Positions 1 to 9,511 of a stretch of 64,000 nucleotides of DNA are shown here, piece by piece (within the stretch, counting starts at the first letter, position 1; every line of letters begins with the position of its first letter). The notes beneath the pieces are model-generated. The model made no database searches, was not told the origin of the DNA, and saw only the letters and a list, made by a program, of their open reading frames with translations. The stretch spans positions 480,001-544,000 of the forward strand of contig CAVQNG010000003.1 of assembly GCA_963713825.1 (NCBI GenBank), in the 5' to 3' direction. The position numbers and the translations under genes were made by a program. The stretch comes from an uncultured Acidobacteriota bacterium. GTDB taxonomy: Bacteria > Acidobacteriota > Thermoanaerobaculia > Multivoradales > JAHEKO01.

Positions 1-1
1 C

Positions 2-1690
2 TCTATTCCAATTCAGCGGACTCCGATCAACTCGCTTCTCGCGATCCTGGCATTCTGTGGAATCGGCGCAGAAATAGTCAGGCACAGGTTCAGTGATGAC
101 GGCCAAGTGCCACGACCAAGCCGAGCCCTGCCATGGTGGATTGGGTTCTTTCTTGTTCTGCTAATTCTGATACCAGCTTTGTCACTTCTACTCGACGCGG
201 CAGTCGACCCGATTCGTGATATTGATGGAAGGCACATCTGGGTCCCCAAGGCCCGATATATCCGTGAGGCGGGCACTGTCCTTCCCGAAGTTCTCCGGGA
301 AAAACGATGGGTGGTCGAACACCCCCGCTACCCTCCTCTCATGCCACTCGCCCAAGTCGTCACTCTCGAAGTGACCCGGGGAGCAGACGAGAGAGTCATT
401 CGAATTCTGTACGCAGCCTTTTGGCTGGTATGGGTCCTCATCATTCTGGACCAGGCTCGTATTCTCGGAGGCCGTCGAATCGCCGCCTTGATCCTGGCTC
501 TGGCGGCTTGCGTCCCATTCGTAGCCTTCGCTTTCAATGGAGGTGCCGCTGGGGCCTACAGCGACCTTCCTCTGGCCTGCTTCTGGGGCGCCGGCATATG
601 GCTTCTTCTTGCCTCCAAGGATCGGCAAGGATCCACCCTGGCTGCGGGTCTTCTCCTGACCGGGACTGTCCTTACCAAGAATGAAGGACTGGGGTTGGCA
701 GTATTGGCCCTCGTGGTTGGTCTAATTGCGTGTCTTGGCAAGAAAGAAGCTTTTCTGCAATGGATCAAGACCTTGATTCCAGTATTGTTGGCGTTGGCTC
801 TCCTCGGTTCTTGGAAGAACGGGATCCCCAATAGAAGGGATGAGTCCTATTTCTCCAAACTCTCCCTCGAGTCGATGTCCGAGGGGCTGACGCGCCTCGT
901 AGCAGAAGGCATTCCAGCCGCTCTTGGCACGATGATGGACGTACGCTGGTGGTCTCTTCTCTGGATCGTTTTGGCGCTCCTTCTCCTATTCGGAGCAAAG
1001 GGGCTCAAGGATAGAAGGGCCATGATCGTGGCCCTGCTGGTCGTGGGCGGATTGGCACAGTTCCTCGTTGCGTACCTGGTTACCGGTTGGAACGTGAGCC
1101 ACCTTGTCCGAGTGACCTGGAACAGAGCCCTGCTCCAAGTCTCTGTACCGTTGCTGGCGCTGGCCGCGATGGCCGCGAAATCAGTGCCGTGGAGAGACAG
1201 TCTCTCCTATCGCTTCTTCGGCGGAGAGAGAGCATCTCGGGGGCCGGCATCCGCTTGGATCGATCTCCTCAAACTGTCTATTCTGATTCACGTTGCACTT
1301 GGCTGCGTGATGATGATGGGATCGAGCACCGATCGTCTGAAGCACGCAATCGAGAACAGTGGACAAGGCTACTCCGAGGCCCGGAGGCGCCTGCTGGGTG
1401 AGTACTCTCATGGTCTGGAGACGATCCAACTCACGATTCCAGAGTCGGGTTCCTATTTCATAGCCAACTCCACAAAGAGTACTTCATGGATAGTGATCGC
1501 TGGAGACCTTGCTCCACGTAAGGCTCATTTCGTGAAGGATCCATCCAAATTTCAGCAGCGCTGGCAAAAGGGTGAATGGGTGAGAGACTTGAAATGGACC
1601 GTCGTCTTCCGAGGATTGGACAAGGAACCGCTTGTTCTACCGACGCCCAAATACCTTTCCAGTCCAGAGGCTCTGAACCCAGAAGATTGA
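2..1690 (+). CDS. Polytopic membrane protein, GT-C/PMT-like glycosyltransferase (5' partial)
   Basis: Frame is open from the window edge; many TM segments; D..IW..KA, HPRYP, YSDLP and TKNEG motifs typical of GT39-like proteins. Confidence 0.6.
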   Translation, partial: SIPIQRTPINSLLAILAFCGIGAEIVRHRFSDDGQVPRPSRALPWWIGFFLVLLILIPALSLLLDAAVDPIRDIDGRHIWVPKARYIREAGTVLPEVLREKRWVVEHPRYPPLMPLAQVVTLEVTRGADERVIRILYAAFWLVWVLIILDQARILGGRRIAALILALAACVPFVAFAFNGGAAGAYSDLPLACFWGAGIWLLLASKDRQGSTLAAGLLLTGTVLTKNEGLGLAVLALVVGLIACLGKKEAFLQWIKTLIPVLLALALLGSWKNGIPNRRDESYFSKLSLESMSEGLTRLVAEGIPAALGTMMDVRWWSLLWIVLALLLLFGAKGLKDRRAMIVALLVVGGLAQFLVAYLVTGWNVSHLVRVTWNRALLQVSVPLLALAAMAAKSVPWRDSLSYRFFGGERASRGPASAWIDLLKLSILIHVALGCVMMMGSSTDRLKHAIENSGQGYSEARRRLLGEYSHGLETIQLTIPESGSYFIANSTKSTSWIVIAGDLAPRKAHFVKDPSKFQQRWQKGEWVRDLKWTVVFRGLDKEPLVLPTPKYLSSPEALNPED

Positions 1691-1799
1691 AGACGAAATC
1701 CGTAGTCCGGAGGCCGGGATCTCGGCGGGCCTACTTGAACTTCTCGATCAGAGCCGTGTAACAGGATGCTTCGTGAAGAGGATTGAAGCTGGGGTCAGC

Positions 1800-1841
1800 A
1801 CTTCTAAAGTCCCACGGAAACGGACCCAGAGTGGACCACGA
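1800..1841. repeat. Degenerate tRNA-proximal module end (GGACCC/GGACCAC pair)
   Basis: cttctaaagtcccacggaaacggacccagagtggaccacg resembles cttctgaaggtccacggaaatggaccacccgtggaccacg at ~11318-11357. Confidence 0.6.
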
Positions 1842-1889
1842 ATCGAGGTCGAGGAGACAAAAAGGCCCGGCCCCCTTTTCGACCTGCAA

Positions 1890-4061
1890 CTACCGCGGGC
1901 CTCTCATTTCTTCAACCAGGTGCTGCGCGCCCTCTACGGTCTCCATCACCCAGAGGACATATCGCATATCCACGTGGATCGAGCGCGAGACCTCCGGGAT
2001 GAAGTCCCAGTCCGCAATAATGCTCTCCCAGACCCCGTCGAAGAGCAGTCCCACCAGCTCGGACTTACCGTTGAGCGTCGCCGAGCCCGAGTTGCCGCCG
2101 GTGGAGTCCAGAGTGCTGAGAAAGTTCACCGGGACCGAGCCGAGGGGCTCGTAGTGGAAAGACTCGCCGGCGCCTTCACGAATGGCTGCAAGCTCCGCCT
2201 CGGGCGCGTCGAAAGGCTCCTCCCCAGTGTTCTTCTCGACGATCCCCTCCAGGGTTGTAAATGGGAGGTAGGTAACACCGTCCCGAGGCGAGTAGCCCTC
2301 AACGGAGCCATACGTCACCCGCAAGGTCCCGTTGGCATCCGGGTAGACCTCTCTGCCGCGGGCCCCAAGGTAGGCGATGAGCGCCTCCATGTAGCGGGAG
2401 CGAACTTCGTCAAACAGGCCGTCGAGCTCCTTGCCCTCGGCCTCGAGCTCCAGGTCACTCTCGAACATGGCAACTGCGAGTTGGAGGAACGGGTCGTCAC
2501 TGGCTTCGATCTCGGCCGGAGTGGCGTCCAGCCAGGCAAGGCGAGGCTCCTGCTCGTCCAGGCGGGTGGCCTCGTACATTTCCTCCAGCCGCTGGTCCAG
2601 ACGCGCTTCGTCGAGACCTTCCACCCCGATTCCGAACCAATCATCGAAGACGCTCACATGCTGATCGGCGGGGATCGAGGCGTAGTTGACGATGAAGTGC
2701 CGCCAGATGGCCTGATCCACCCCGGGGTCGAACGTGCGATCGATGCGGGTAAGTCGCTCGCGGACCCTGGGCACGTCGCGCTCCTGGTAACCCTGCTCTC
2801 GTTCGAGATCGGGCTTCTGCCTTTCATTGGCCAGCCGGTAGAGGGTGCGGGCGGTGCTCAGGAGATCTCCCCGGCGAACCAAGTACTCGTAGTACATCTG
2901 CCGTTCGCGGGTGCTCTGTTGGCGCACCGCCAACTCCTGGAGCTCCTGGAGAGTCGGCAGAAAGGCGTCCTTGCGGCCGGGGTCGCTTTCGATCCACTGT
3001 TGCAGGTTCCGTTCGAACTCCACCTTGCGGCTCACCATGTCGCTCCTGGCAAAGCCGTCGAGCATGCCCGTGTAGTTCTTGACCGCGTTCTCCAGGCCCC
3101 GGACCAGCGAGGCGTATGCGATGGTCAGCTTCTCGCTCTCGGCCGTCTCCCTGACAATGACGTCGAGCCACTCTTGGTACAGGCCGATGCGGGTCGGGTA
3201 GTACCAGCCAAAGGTGTCCTCGACCTCGGTGGCCAAGCGATAGCGATTGGTTCTTCCCGGGTAGCCCAATGCCATGACGAAATCGCCTTCACCAAGGTGC
3301 TCAGTAGCAACTTTCAGGTAGTGCTCCGGCCGGTAGGGGACGTTTTCCTTCGCGTAGTCGGTCGGCTTGCCATCGGGCCCCACATAGCCCCGATAGAAAG
3401 CGTAGTCGCCGGTGTGCCGGGGCCACATCCAGTTGTCGATCTCCCCGCCAAAGACCCCGATGGAGCCAGCCGGGGCGTGGACCAGCCGGACGTCCCGGAT
3501 CTCGAGCTGCTTGATCAGCTCGTACTCGTGGCTACCGTGATACGCGGCCACCTTGCAGCGATGCCCGGTATCCTCCTCGCAGCCAGCGACCAACTCCTTC
3601 TCCTTGGCAGCGATGGCCTCCCAGCGCTGCCGGCCCGTGGCCCCTTCGGGGAGGCTTCCCCGGATGGTCTCGGTCACATCATCCACCGCCACTGTCACCA
3701 GGATCCGGGAACCAGGAGCTGCCGGGAGCTCGTCGCCCCTCTCGGCAGCGAGAAAGCCCGACTGGAGCAGGTTCCGATCCTCGCTGGAGTTGTACTGGAT
3801 GGCTCCGTAGGCACAGTGATGGTTGGTCACTGCCAGCCCCTGAGAGGAGACAAACGAGGCGGTGCAGCCGCCAAGGCTTATGACTGCACCCATCGGGTGG
3901 CCAGTCAGATCGGCCAGCTTGCGGAACTCGGTCTCGAGGCCTAGCTCCTCGAGCCGGTCCTCGAGGTCAGGGAGCTGCCCCGGCTTCCACATGCCCTCGT
4001 CGGCCACCAGGGCCGGGCCGATGACACAGATCAGAATCAGGGCAGGTACGATCCGCTTCAT
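1890..4061 (-). CDS. S46 family dipeptidyl peptidase (DPP7/DPP11-like), secreted
   Basis: Signal peptide then DEGMW; TNHHC; NWMWPRHTGD; catalytic TGGNSGS. Confidence 0.93.
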   Translation of the reverse strand: MKRIVPALILICVIGPALVADEGMWKPGQLPDLEDRLEELGLETEFRKLADLTGHPMGAVISLGGCTASFVSSQGLAVTNHHCAYGAIQYNSSEDRNLLQSGFLAAERGDELPAAPGSRILVTVAVDDVTETIRGSLPEGATGRQRWEAIAAKEKELVAGCEEDTGHRCKVAAYHGSHEYELIKQLEIRDVRLVHAPAGSIGVFGGEIDNWMWPRHTGDYAFYRGYVGPDGKPTDYAKENVPYRPEHYLKVATEHLGEGDFVMALGYPGRTNRYRLATEVEDTFGWYYPTRIGLYQEWLDVIVRETAESEKLTIAYASLVRGLENAVKNYTGMLDGFARSDMVSRKVEFERNLQQWIESDPGRKDAFLPTLQELQELAVRQQSTRERQMYYEYLVRRGDLLSTARTLYRLANERQKPDLEREQGYQERDVPRVRERLTRIDRTFDPGVDQAIWRHFIVNYASIPADQHVSVFDDWFGIGVEGLDEARLDQRLEEMYEATRLDEQEPRLAWLDATPAEIEASDDPFLQLAVAMFESDLELEAEGKELDGLFDEVRSRYMEALIAYLGARGREVYPDANGTLRVTYGSVEGYSPRDGVTYLPFTTLEGIVEKNTGEEPFDAPEAELAAIREGAGESFHYEPLGSVPVNFLSTLDSTGGNSGSATLNGKSELVGLLFDGVWESIIADWDFIPEVSRSIHVDMRYVLWVMETVEGAQHLVEEMRGPR

Positions 4062-4217
4062 CTCGTGCCTCCTCGCTAGTTCTCTTCACAGGGCCCCGCG
4101 GGCAACCGTGTCGCCGGTCATTTGCAGCTACCTTCGTCCGGGTGCGAGGGTACAAGATGTCACTCACCTCCAACGCCACCCAAAGAGGTGGGGAGAGGCG
4201 GTCGAGCAGGTCCAGCG

Positions 4218-4250
4218 GTCCACCGAAATGGACCACCCGTAGACCACGCG
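4218..4250. repeat. Short tRNA-proximal module end (GGACCAC pair)
   Basis: ggtccaccgaaatggaccacccgtagaccacg matches ends at ~8500-8532, ~11327-11357 and ~21450-21482. Confidence 0.7.
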
Positions 4251-4311
4251 GCTGGATGAGGGACGTGTGTCAAGCCAAACGTTGGGGTGGTTCGGATCGC
4301 GCCTTCATCCT

Positions 4312-4923
4312 TCAGAGCGCTTTCGTCATTCGAACGAACCTCAATCCCGGTATGGCCAAGCGTTTTGGCCACTGGGACTCGACAGTCATCCCGCGGTGCT
4401 CGTAGAGTCTGCGAGCACTCTCGTTCTTGGCAGAGACGTCGAGCGCGAGTCGGGCTGATCCACTGGCAACAGCCCGGTCCTCAATCAAGTCCATCAGGGC
4501 AGAACCGACGCCGTCGCCGCGAACTTCCCTGTCGACGGCGATGGCCTGGAGGTAGAAATCGTCATCGCCGATGGTGTCGATGATTCGTAGCAGTGGAGCA
4601 AACAGTATCGACACAACCATCATCCGCAGATTCCACCTGCCTGCAGCCCTCTTCAGAGTCCGGCCCGAAGAACCACGATGCTGCTCGGCGGTGTAGCCCG
4701 AGACCATTCCTACGATGACCTTGTTACATTCGGCGAAGGTTACGTTTTGGAAAGAGAGGTCGTGGTCGGGCTGGATGAAGGCCGTGGCGACTATGTCCAC
4801 AGCGCGGCGGCCGAGCATGAAACGGAAGAAGCCCTCAGCTGCTGTATCGAGGTAGCGGGCAAACACCCGTCCTTCGTCGAAGGTGGGGTTCGCGGCTCGA
4901 AAAACTGTCGAGTGCTGATGCAT
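4312..4923 (-). CDS. GNAT family N-acetyltransferase
   Basis: AVDREVRGDGVGSAL acetyl-CoA motif A; N..A..LY..G motif B. Confidence 0.85.
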   Translation of the reverse strand: MHQHSTVFRAANPTFDEGRVFARYLDTAAEGFFRFMLGRRAVDIVATAFIQPDHDLSFQNVTFAECNKVIVGMVSGYTAEQHRGSSGRTLKRAAGRWNLRMMVVSILFAPLLRIIDTIGDDDFYLQAIAVDREVRGDGVGSALMDLIEDRAVASGSARLALDVSAKNESARRLYEHRGMTVESQWPKRLAIPGLRFVRMTKAL

Positions 4924-5057
4924 GATTGCTATCTTTGGCCCAACTACAACTAGTTCTCGCTGTCAGCCCACCGAACCGTGTGACTGGAGTGGAATCTAGC
5001 CGGCCGCAGGACTCACATTCTAAGGGCGACAAGCCTTGGGGCTCACGTCACAGGGGC

Positions 5058-6356
5058 CTACCCTTCTTCTTGCCCGTACCCCTTCAACAGAGCCTGAAAG
5101 CGAGGGTGGTCACGGAGGGGGTCCAGGTTGCTGTCCTGCCGGAGCCACTCGATGTAAGCGAGTCCGCTGCTGACGGATTTCTCGATGCACTCCAGGGCCC
5201 GATCGAGGTCTCCGGCCAGTGAGTAGACGCAGCCGACGTTGTAGAGGAGCATCGGCTCATTGGGCTCCAGCTCCAGCGCTCGCTCGACCCAACGGAGTCC
5301 CCGCTCCGACTGACCCAAGCAGACGAGTGCGGTGGCGCCCAGGTAGAGCGCCCGGGTCTCTTCGGGGTTGTGTTGCAGGCGGCGCTCGGCGGCCTGTACT
5401 CCCCGACGCCGGATCGCAGCGGCCTCCTCCGGGCGCTCCAGGTCGTCGTAGATCTGCGCCAGGAGCAAGGGCGCCTGGTAGTCGTCGGGATCGATTCTGG
5501 AGGCATGCCCGAACAGCCTCGCCGCGCTCGCCAGATCACCCTGGGCGAAACTGCTGCGAGCGTAGAAGTAGTACGCCTCGAACAGCTTCGGATTCAAGCG
5601 GATCGCCGTCTCGAAGGCTTCCTCGGACGCTTCGTACTGGTGCTGCATCGACAGCACCAGACCGCGCGCCGCATGCGCCTCGGCCAGATCGGGGGCGAGC
5701 TCGAGCGAACGCCGGCTCGCCAGGTCGGCCTGCTCGAGGTCGGCCTCGTCACCGTCGGCGTACATGAAGAGAAAGGTGCAGCATTCGGCGACGCCAGCGT
5801 AGGCGCGCGCGTAATCATGGTCCAGCATCAGAGCCATGTTGAACAGTTGCAGGGCTGCTTCGACGCCGCGGCGCCGGTACTCGAAGAACCGCTCGCGCCC
5901 TTTGAGGTAGTACTCATAGGCTTGAATGTCGGTGGTCGGTGGTCGCTTGAGAGCCTCCGACTGTCGCTCGTCGAGGCGCAGCTCGAGCGTGTGGGTAATG
6001 CGCTCGGCGATCTCGTGCTGGATGGCGAAGACATCCTCCAGAGGGCGATCGAAGGTCTTGGACCAGAGCTCGAATCCGTCGTCCGTACTGGTCAGTTTGG
6101 CCCTCACGCGCAGACGGCCGTCGGCCTTACCGACGCTGCCCTCGAGAACTGCGGACACCCCCAGCTGCCGCCCAGCCTCCTGAGCGTCGTCGACGGCTCG
6201 AAAGCGGAAGGAGGAGCTGCGCGGTGCGACCCGCAGGCCCTCGATGCGGGACAGGGCAGTAATCAACTCTGTGGCCAGACCGTCGCAGAAGTACCGCTGA
6301 TCCTTCTCTGCGCTCAGATCGGCGAACGGCAGTACAGCTATCGAGAGAGACGGCAT
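5058..6356 (-). CDS. TolB-like N-terminal domain plus TPR repeats (C-terminal module of kinase/adenylate cyclase-type regulators)
   Basis: SIAVLPF.DLS...Q.YF.DGL..ELI..LS signature followed by TPR helices. Confidence 0.85.
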   Translation of the reverse strand: MPSLSIAVLPFADLSAEKDQRYFCDGLATELITALSRIEGLRVAPRSSSFRFRAVDDAQEAGRQLGVSAVLEGSVGKADGRLRVRAKLTSTDDGFELWSKTFDRPLEDVFAIQHEIAERITHTLELRLDERQSEALKRPPTTDIQAYEYYLKGRERFFEYRRRGVEAALQLFNMALMLDHDYARAYAGVAECCTFLFMYADGDEADLEQADLASRRSLELAPDLAEAHAARGLVLSMQHQYEASEEAFETAIRLNPKLFEAYYFYARSSFAQGDLASAARLFGHASRIDPDDYQAPLLLAQIYDDLERPEEAAAIRRRGVQAAERRLQHNPEETRALYLGATALVCLGQSERGLRWVERALELEPNEPMLLYNVGCVYSLAGDLDRALECIEKSVSSGLAYIEWLRQDSNLDPLRDHPRFQALLKGYGQEEG

Positions 6357-6359
6357 CGA

Positions 6360-6695
6360 TTACCTCCCCTGAAGCTCGGTCTTATCCCTGGCGGCCTCAT
6401 CGGGCATGAGTGGAATCGGTACCACATCTCTGCCATCGATTCTCTCACCCTTCAATTCAGTGTTCCCCATAGCGACAATGGCCCCCGTGACCTCGTTGTC
6501 TTCGCCGAAGATGAATTCCAGCTCCCAGCCAGAGTTGATATCAATGAAATGATTATCCGAAGACCAGTCGATCCGACAAGATAAGTTAGATGTTACCCTT
6601 CTCCGATCCTCAGTGACCTGCGGATCCGTTCCTACACTCTTCTCAATGGCTGGTACCGCTATCTCAATCTTCGCGGACCGCTCCCGTGGCTCCAA
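6360..6695 (-). pseudogene. Probable chimeric gene remnant
   Basis: First ~12 codons lie inside the conserved non-coding module end (6658-6793); in frame with the downstream TPR ORF across a TAA. Confidence 0.35.
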
Positions 6696-6793
6696 GATAC
6701 CTTCTCTGGCCAGGGAGACATGTCGAAAGGCCTCACTGATGGTTCAAGAGCCGCCCACAAGGCCCACTGAAATGGACCACGAGTATTGAGTGA
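6658..6793. repeat. Long tRNA-proximal module end, copy 1
   Basis: gctatctca...ctccc..ggctcc.agat.cc...ctggcc..ggagacatgtcg...aaatggaccac...attgagtga shared with 11218-11369 and 21344-21494. Confidence 0.85.
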
Positions 6794-6843
6794 ACTCTCG
6801 GTGTAGGGATGTCCCTTACGGGCGCCCGCGGGAGGGGGCAAGC

Positions 6844-6951
6844 TGTACGTTCTCACGACATAGGTAACACTCGTGTATCAGGACATCGGTAACACCTGAG
6901 GCAAGCTAGTGCCTTTAGTAGAGGAGGTGCTGGATGCCCTGGAAGGAGACC
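6844..6951 (+). mobile_element. IS481-family left-end remnant
   Basis: TGT terminus, repeated gacat(a/c)ggtaacac sites, RBS gaggagg, then ATG CCC TGG AAG GAG ACC (MPWKET) and truncation. Confidence 0.6.
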
Positions 6952-6967
6952 GAAGGGAGGCACCCGC

Positions 6968-7000
6968 GGACCGCGTGAACGGTCGCCGGTTTTCAAGACC
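6968..7000 (-). repeat. tRNA-Ser fragment A (anticodon arm plus variable arm), att-like
   Basis: ggaccgcgtgaacggtcgccggttttcaagacc identical to 21545-21577. Confidence 0.92.
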
Positions 7001-7109
7001 TCCGATCTCCCACAACTGACAACCCTCCACAACATCTGACAACGAAGCGACGGGGCTTCGCTGGCAGAGGTGATTGTTGTGGTCGATGCTCAAGAGTGGT
7101 GGTGAGTTG
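7001..7109. repeat. tRNA-distal module end, copy 1 (ACAAC/GTTGT phased repeats; truncated)
   Basis: Near-identical to 14793-14900 and similar to 8749-8856. Confidence 0.88.
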
Positions 7110-7211
7110 GTGACGCCAAGCTAGTTCCCCCGGGGGAAACCCTGCGATGAAGGGTGTTAGGGTGAGAGTCGAGATTCACCCTGCCGTCAAGCGCGGAGGA
7201 CCGTTGAATCC

Positions 7212-8498
7212 ATGAGAACCGGCAGTTGGGTCCGAGTTGCATCTTGGTTGGGGGGTATCTCTCTCATCACATTGGCAGTCCTGCTCGGTGTCGCGGGCGC
7301 GGTCCTCGGGTTTCTCGGCGCCTCGGCTCTCACTTCCCGTATCCCCCTACTTGCCGCGGTCGGTCTTGGGCTCTGCCTGGGCATCGCTACGGGTCTCGGC
7401 TGGCTGGCCGGGACACTGCTCGCCCGGGTCCGACGACGACGCATTGCGATCGGTGTCGGTTGTGGAACAGCGCTAATTGTTGTCGTCGTATCCTCACTCA
7501 CCGTCTTCGAGCCGCTGGTGCCCGCAGCAGAGATCATCCCTCTCGCCGTGCCTCCGGATGTTGCGTTCTGGGACCTCCCGACTGGCTCCCGAATCGCGTA
7601 CCGCGAGGTCGCCGCCATTGCGAGCGCCAAGAAGGCACCAGTGATCTATCTTCATGGAGGGCCTGGCGCTGGAGTCGTCTCGGTGGAGAAGCTCGTGCAA
7701 GCCTTCTCGTTCCCAGCTTGGCTCGGGCACGATGTTCTCCTCTATGACCAAATAGGCGGCGGACTCTCCGGAAGATTGAGTGATGTCTCCGAGTACACCC
7801 TCGAGCGCCATATCTCCGATCTCGAGGCGATCCGACTGCGGATTGGGGCCGAGACGGTCATCCTGATTGGAGAGTCCTGGGGCGCCGAGCTGGCGACTCA
7901 TTACCTTGCCACCTATCCCGACAGGCTCGATCGCCTCATACTCGTCTCTCCAGGTCCCCTCTATCCCAAGGAATGGGGAGACCGAGATCCATGCGACCTC
8001 AAGGGTACCGCCTCGACCGAGATCCAGGAGCGTTTCGAGCGATTCTTCGGACCCCGCTTTTGGGCGGCGGCGCTACTGCTCGAGGTCAACCCAGTTGCAG
8101 CTCATGCGTTCCTCCCCGATACCGAGGGCGACGCCATAATGCGTCGAATGATCTCTCTGTTGTTACCGGGAGGAGTGTGCGACCCCTCAGAGCTTCCTCG
8201 CGGTGAGGACTTCGCTTTCGGGATGTGGGGAAATATCATGACCGATGAGAACTACTCCGAGCGAGAGAACCGAATCGAGGACTCCCTGTCTCGGCTCAAG
8301 ACACCGGTCTTGATCCTCAGAGGAGAGTGCGACTACTGCATCCCCGAGGTAGCGAGCCAATACGAGTCGATGTTCTCGGAATCCACACTGGTCCATGTGG
8401 AGGACGCGGGGCACTTTCTTTGGCTCGAAAAACCGGATGTTCTGGCCGAGGTTGTAGGCTCGTTTCTCTCCGGAGAGCCCGGGCCACATCCTCATTGA
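7212..8498 (+). CDS. Membrane-anchored alpha/beta hydrolase (proline iminopeptidase-like)
   Basis: Three N-terminal TM helices; HGGPG; YDQ.G.G.S; GESWG nucleophile; AGH. Confidence 0.85.
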   Translation: MRTGSWVRVASWLGGISLITLAVLLGVAGAVLGFLGASALTSRIPLLAAVGLGLCLGIATGLGWLAGTLLARVRRRRIAIGVGCGTALIVVVVSSLTVFEPLVPAAEIIPLAVPPDVAFWDLPTGSRIAYREVAAIASAKKAPVIYLHGGPGAGVVSVEKLVQAFSFPAWLGHDVLLYDQIGGGLSGRLSDVSEYTLERHISDLEAIRLRIGAETVILIGESWGAELATHYLATYPDRLDRLILVSPGPLYPKEWGDRDPCDLKGTASTEIQERFERFFGPRFWAAALLLEVNPVAAHAFLPDTEGDAIMRRMISLLLPGGVCDPSELPRGEDFAFGMWGNIMTDENYSERENRIEDSLSRLKTPVLILRGECDYCIPEVASQYESMFSESTLVHVEDAGHFLWLEKPDVLAEVVGSFLSGEPGPHPH

Positions 8499-8545
8499 AG
8501 CCCCACTCGAAATGGACCACCCGTGGACCACGGACATTGAGTGAC
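8497..8545. repeat. Short tRNA-proximal module end
   Basis: aaatggaccacccgtggaccacggacattgagtga. Confidence 0.85.
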
Positions 8546-8549
8546 CAAT

Positions 8550-8576
8550 CGGCCGGCAGGGGCACCGGCCGCTTCA
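8550..8576. repeat. REP-like palindrome CGGCCGGCAGGGGC(A/G)CCGGCCGCTTCA
   Basis: Copies at 8550, 11375, 24051 and 30626; GC hairpin. Confidence 0.8.
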
Positions 8577-8587
8577 CGTATTGGAGA

Positions 8588-8748
8588 TGGCGGAGGGGGT
8601 GGGATTCGAGCACGGAGGGGCAGGTGCGGGGGTGCAGTGCCGGCGACCAACGGGAGCCCAACACGGAGGGGTAGGCGAGGGGATGCAGTGAAGCCGACCA
8701 TCGGGAGGCAACCTTGGGCCGCGTGAACGGTCGCCGGTTTTCAAGACC
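8588..8748 (-). repeat. tRNA-Ser 3'-half fragment B with ~100-nt T-loop insertion
   Basis: tggcggaggg..gggattcga [8610-8710] accttgggccgcgtgaacggtcgccggttttcaagacc versus 21517-21577. Confidence 0.9.
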
Positions 8749-8886
8749 TCCGGTTCCCTACTACTGACAACACTTCACAACACCTCACAACGAAGCGACG
8801 GGGCCTCTCGGGCAGAGGGGATTGTTGTGGTCGATGCTCGAGAGTGGTCGTCAGTTGTGGTCTAGGGGACCGAGAGTGGACCACGG
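8749..8886. repeat. tRNA-distal module end, copy 2
   Basis: ACAAC repeats...gttgtggtctaggggaccgagagtggaccacgg, as at 14793-14930. Confidence 0.88.
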
Positions 8887-8941
8887 ACGCAGCCTTCAGA
8901 TCACAGAGGGATCTCTTCGTGGCGGCTTTACTTGTAGACCC

Positions 8942-9400
8942 CTAGCCTCGGCCGGAGGAGTGTGTTGAGTTCCCATCTTCCTCCCGCGCCAGTCGGCCTG
9001 CGGCAACGTAGGCGGAGATCATCAGAGTGAACAGTGTGATCTTGAGCACGAACACCGGCGCTAGGCTGAGCGCAGAAGTGGTACCAGTCGCAGCTGCCAG
9101 TGAGCCGGTGATACCCAGACCGACAAGAACTGGGAACGCCGTCAGAAGCAGCACCCCACGGCGCTCCACCGGCCGCCGATCGGCCCACAGAAGTAGGAAC
9201 GTCCAGCCGAGCATCAACGAGGCGCCGACACCCATGTCGATTCTGTACTCCAATCCGGGACTGAAATCCGATTTGCCGAAAACAAGGCCCCACAGCGGCG
9301 GGTAGATCATGGCAACGAAGAAAAAGAAGTCAGCGACGGCACCTGTCCAGTAAGCTGCCCTCAACAAGACGACATTCTTTCGAATCATGAGGTCCCCCAT
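8942..9400 (-). CDS. Hypothetical four-TM membrane protein
   Basis: Hydrophobic segments; LMLGWT.LLLWADR.P.ERRGV motif; RBS ggag upstream. Confidence 0.75.
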   Translation of the reverse strand: MGDLMIRKNVVLLRAAYWTGAVADFFFFVAMIYPPLWGLVFGKSDFSPGLEYRIDMGVGASLMLGWTFLLLWADRRPVERRGVLLLTAFPVLVGLGITGSLAAATGTTSALSLAPVFVLKITLFTLMISAYVAAGRLAREEDGNSTHSSGRG

Positions 9401-9511
9401 CTGTTCTCCATTCTAACGATGGACCAGGGAAGCCTAGTAGGCTCGGCTTAGGAACGGAATCCAGCATCCCTCGCCGCTAGTTGTCTCGCTCTTGAGAAAG
9501 AGAAACTGATC

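Noticed and set aside
1773-3944. 723-aa plus-strand ORF
   Set aside because: Antisense shadow of the S46 peptidase; no motifs, expected in GC-rich DNA.
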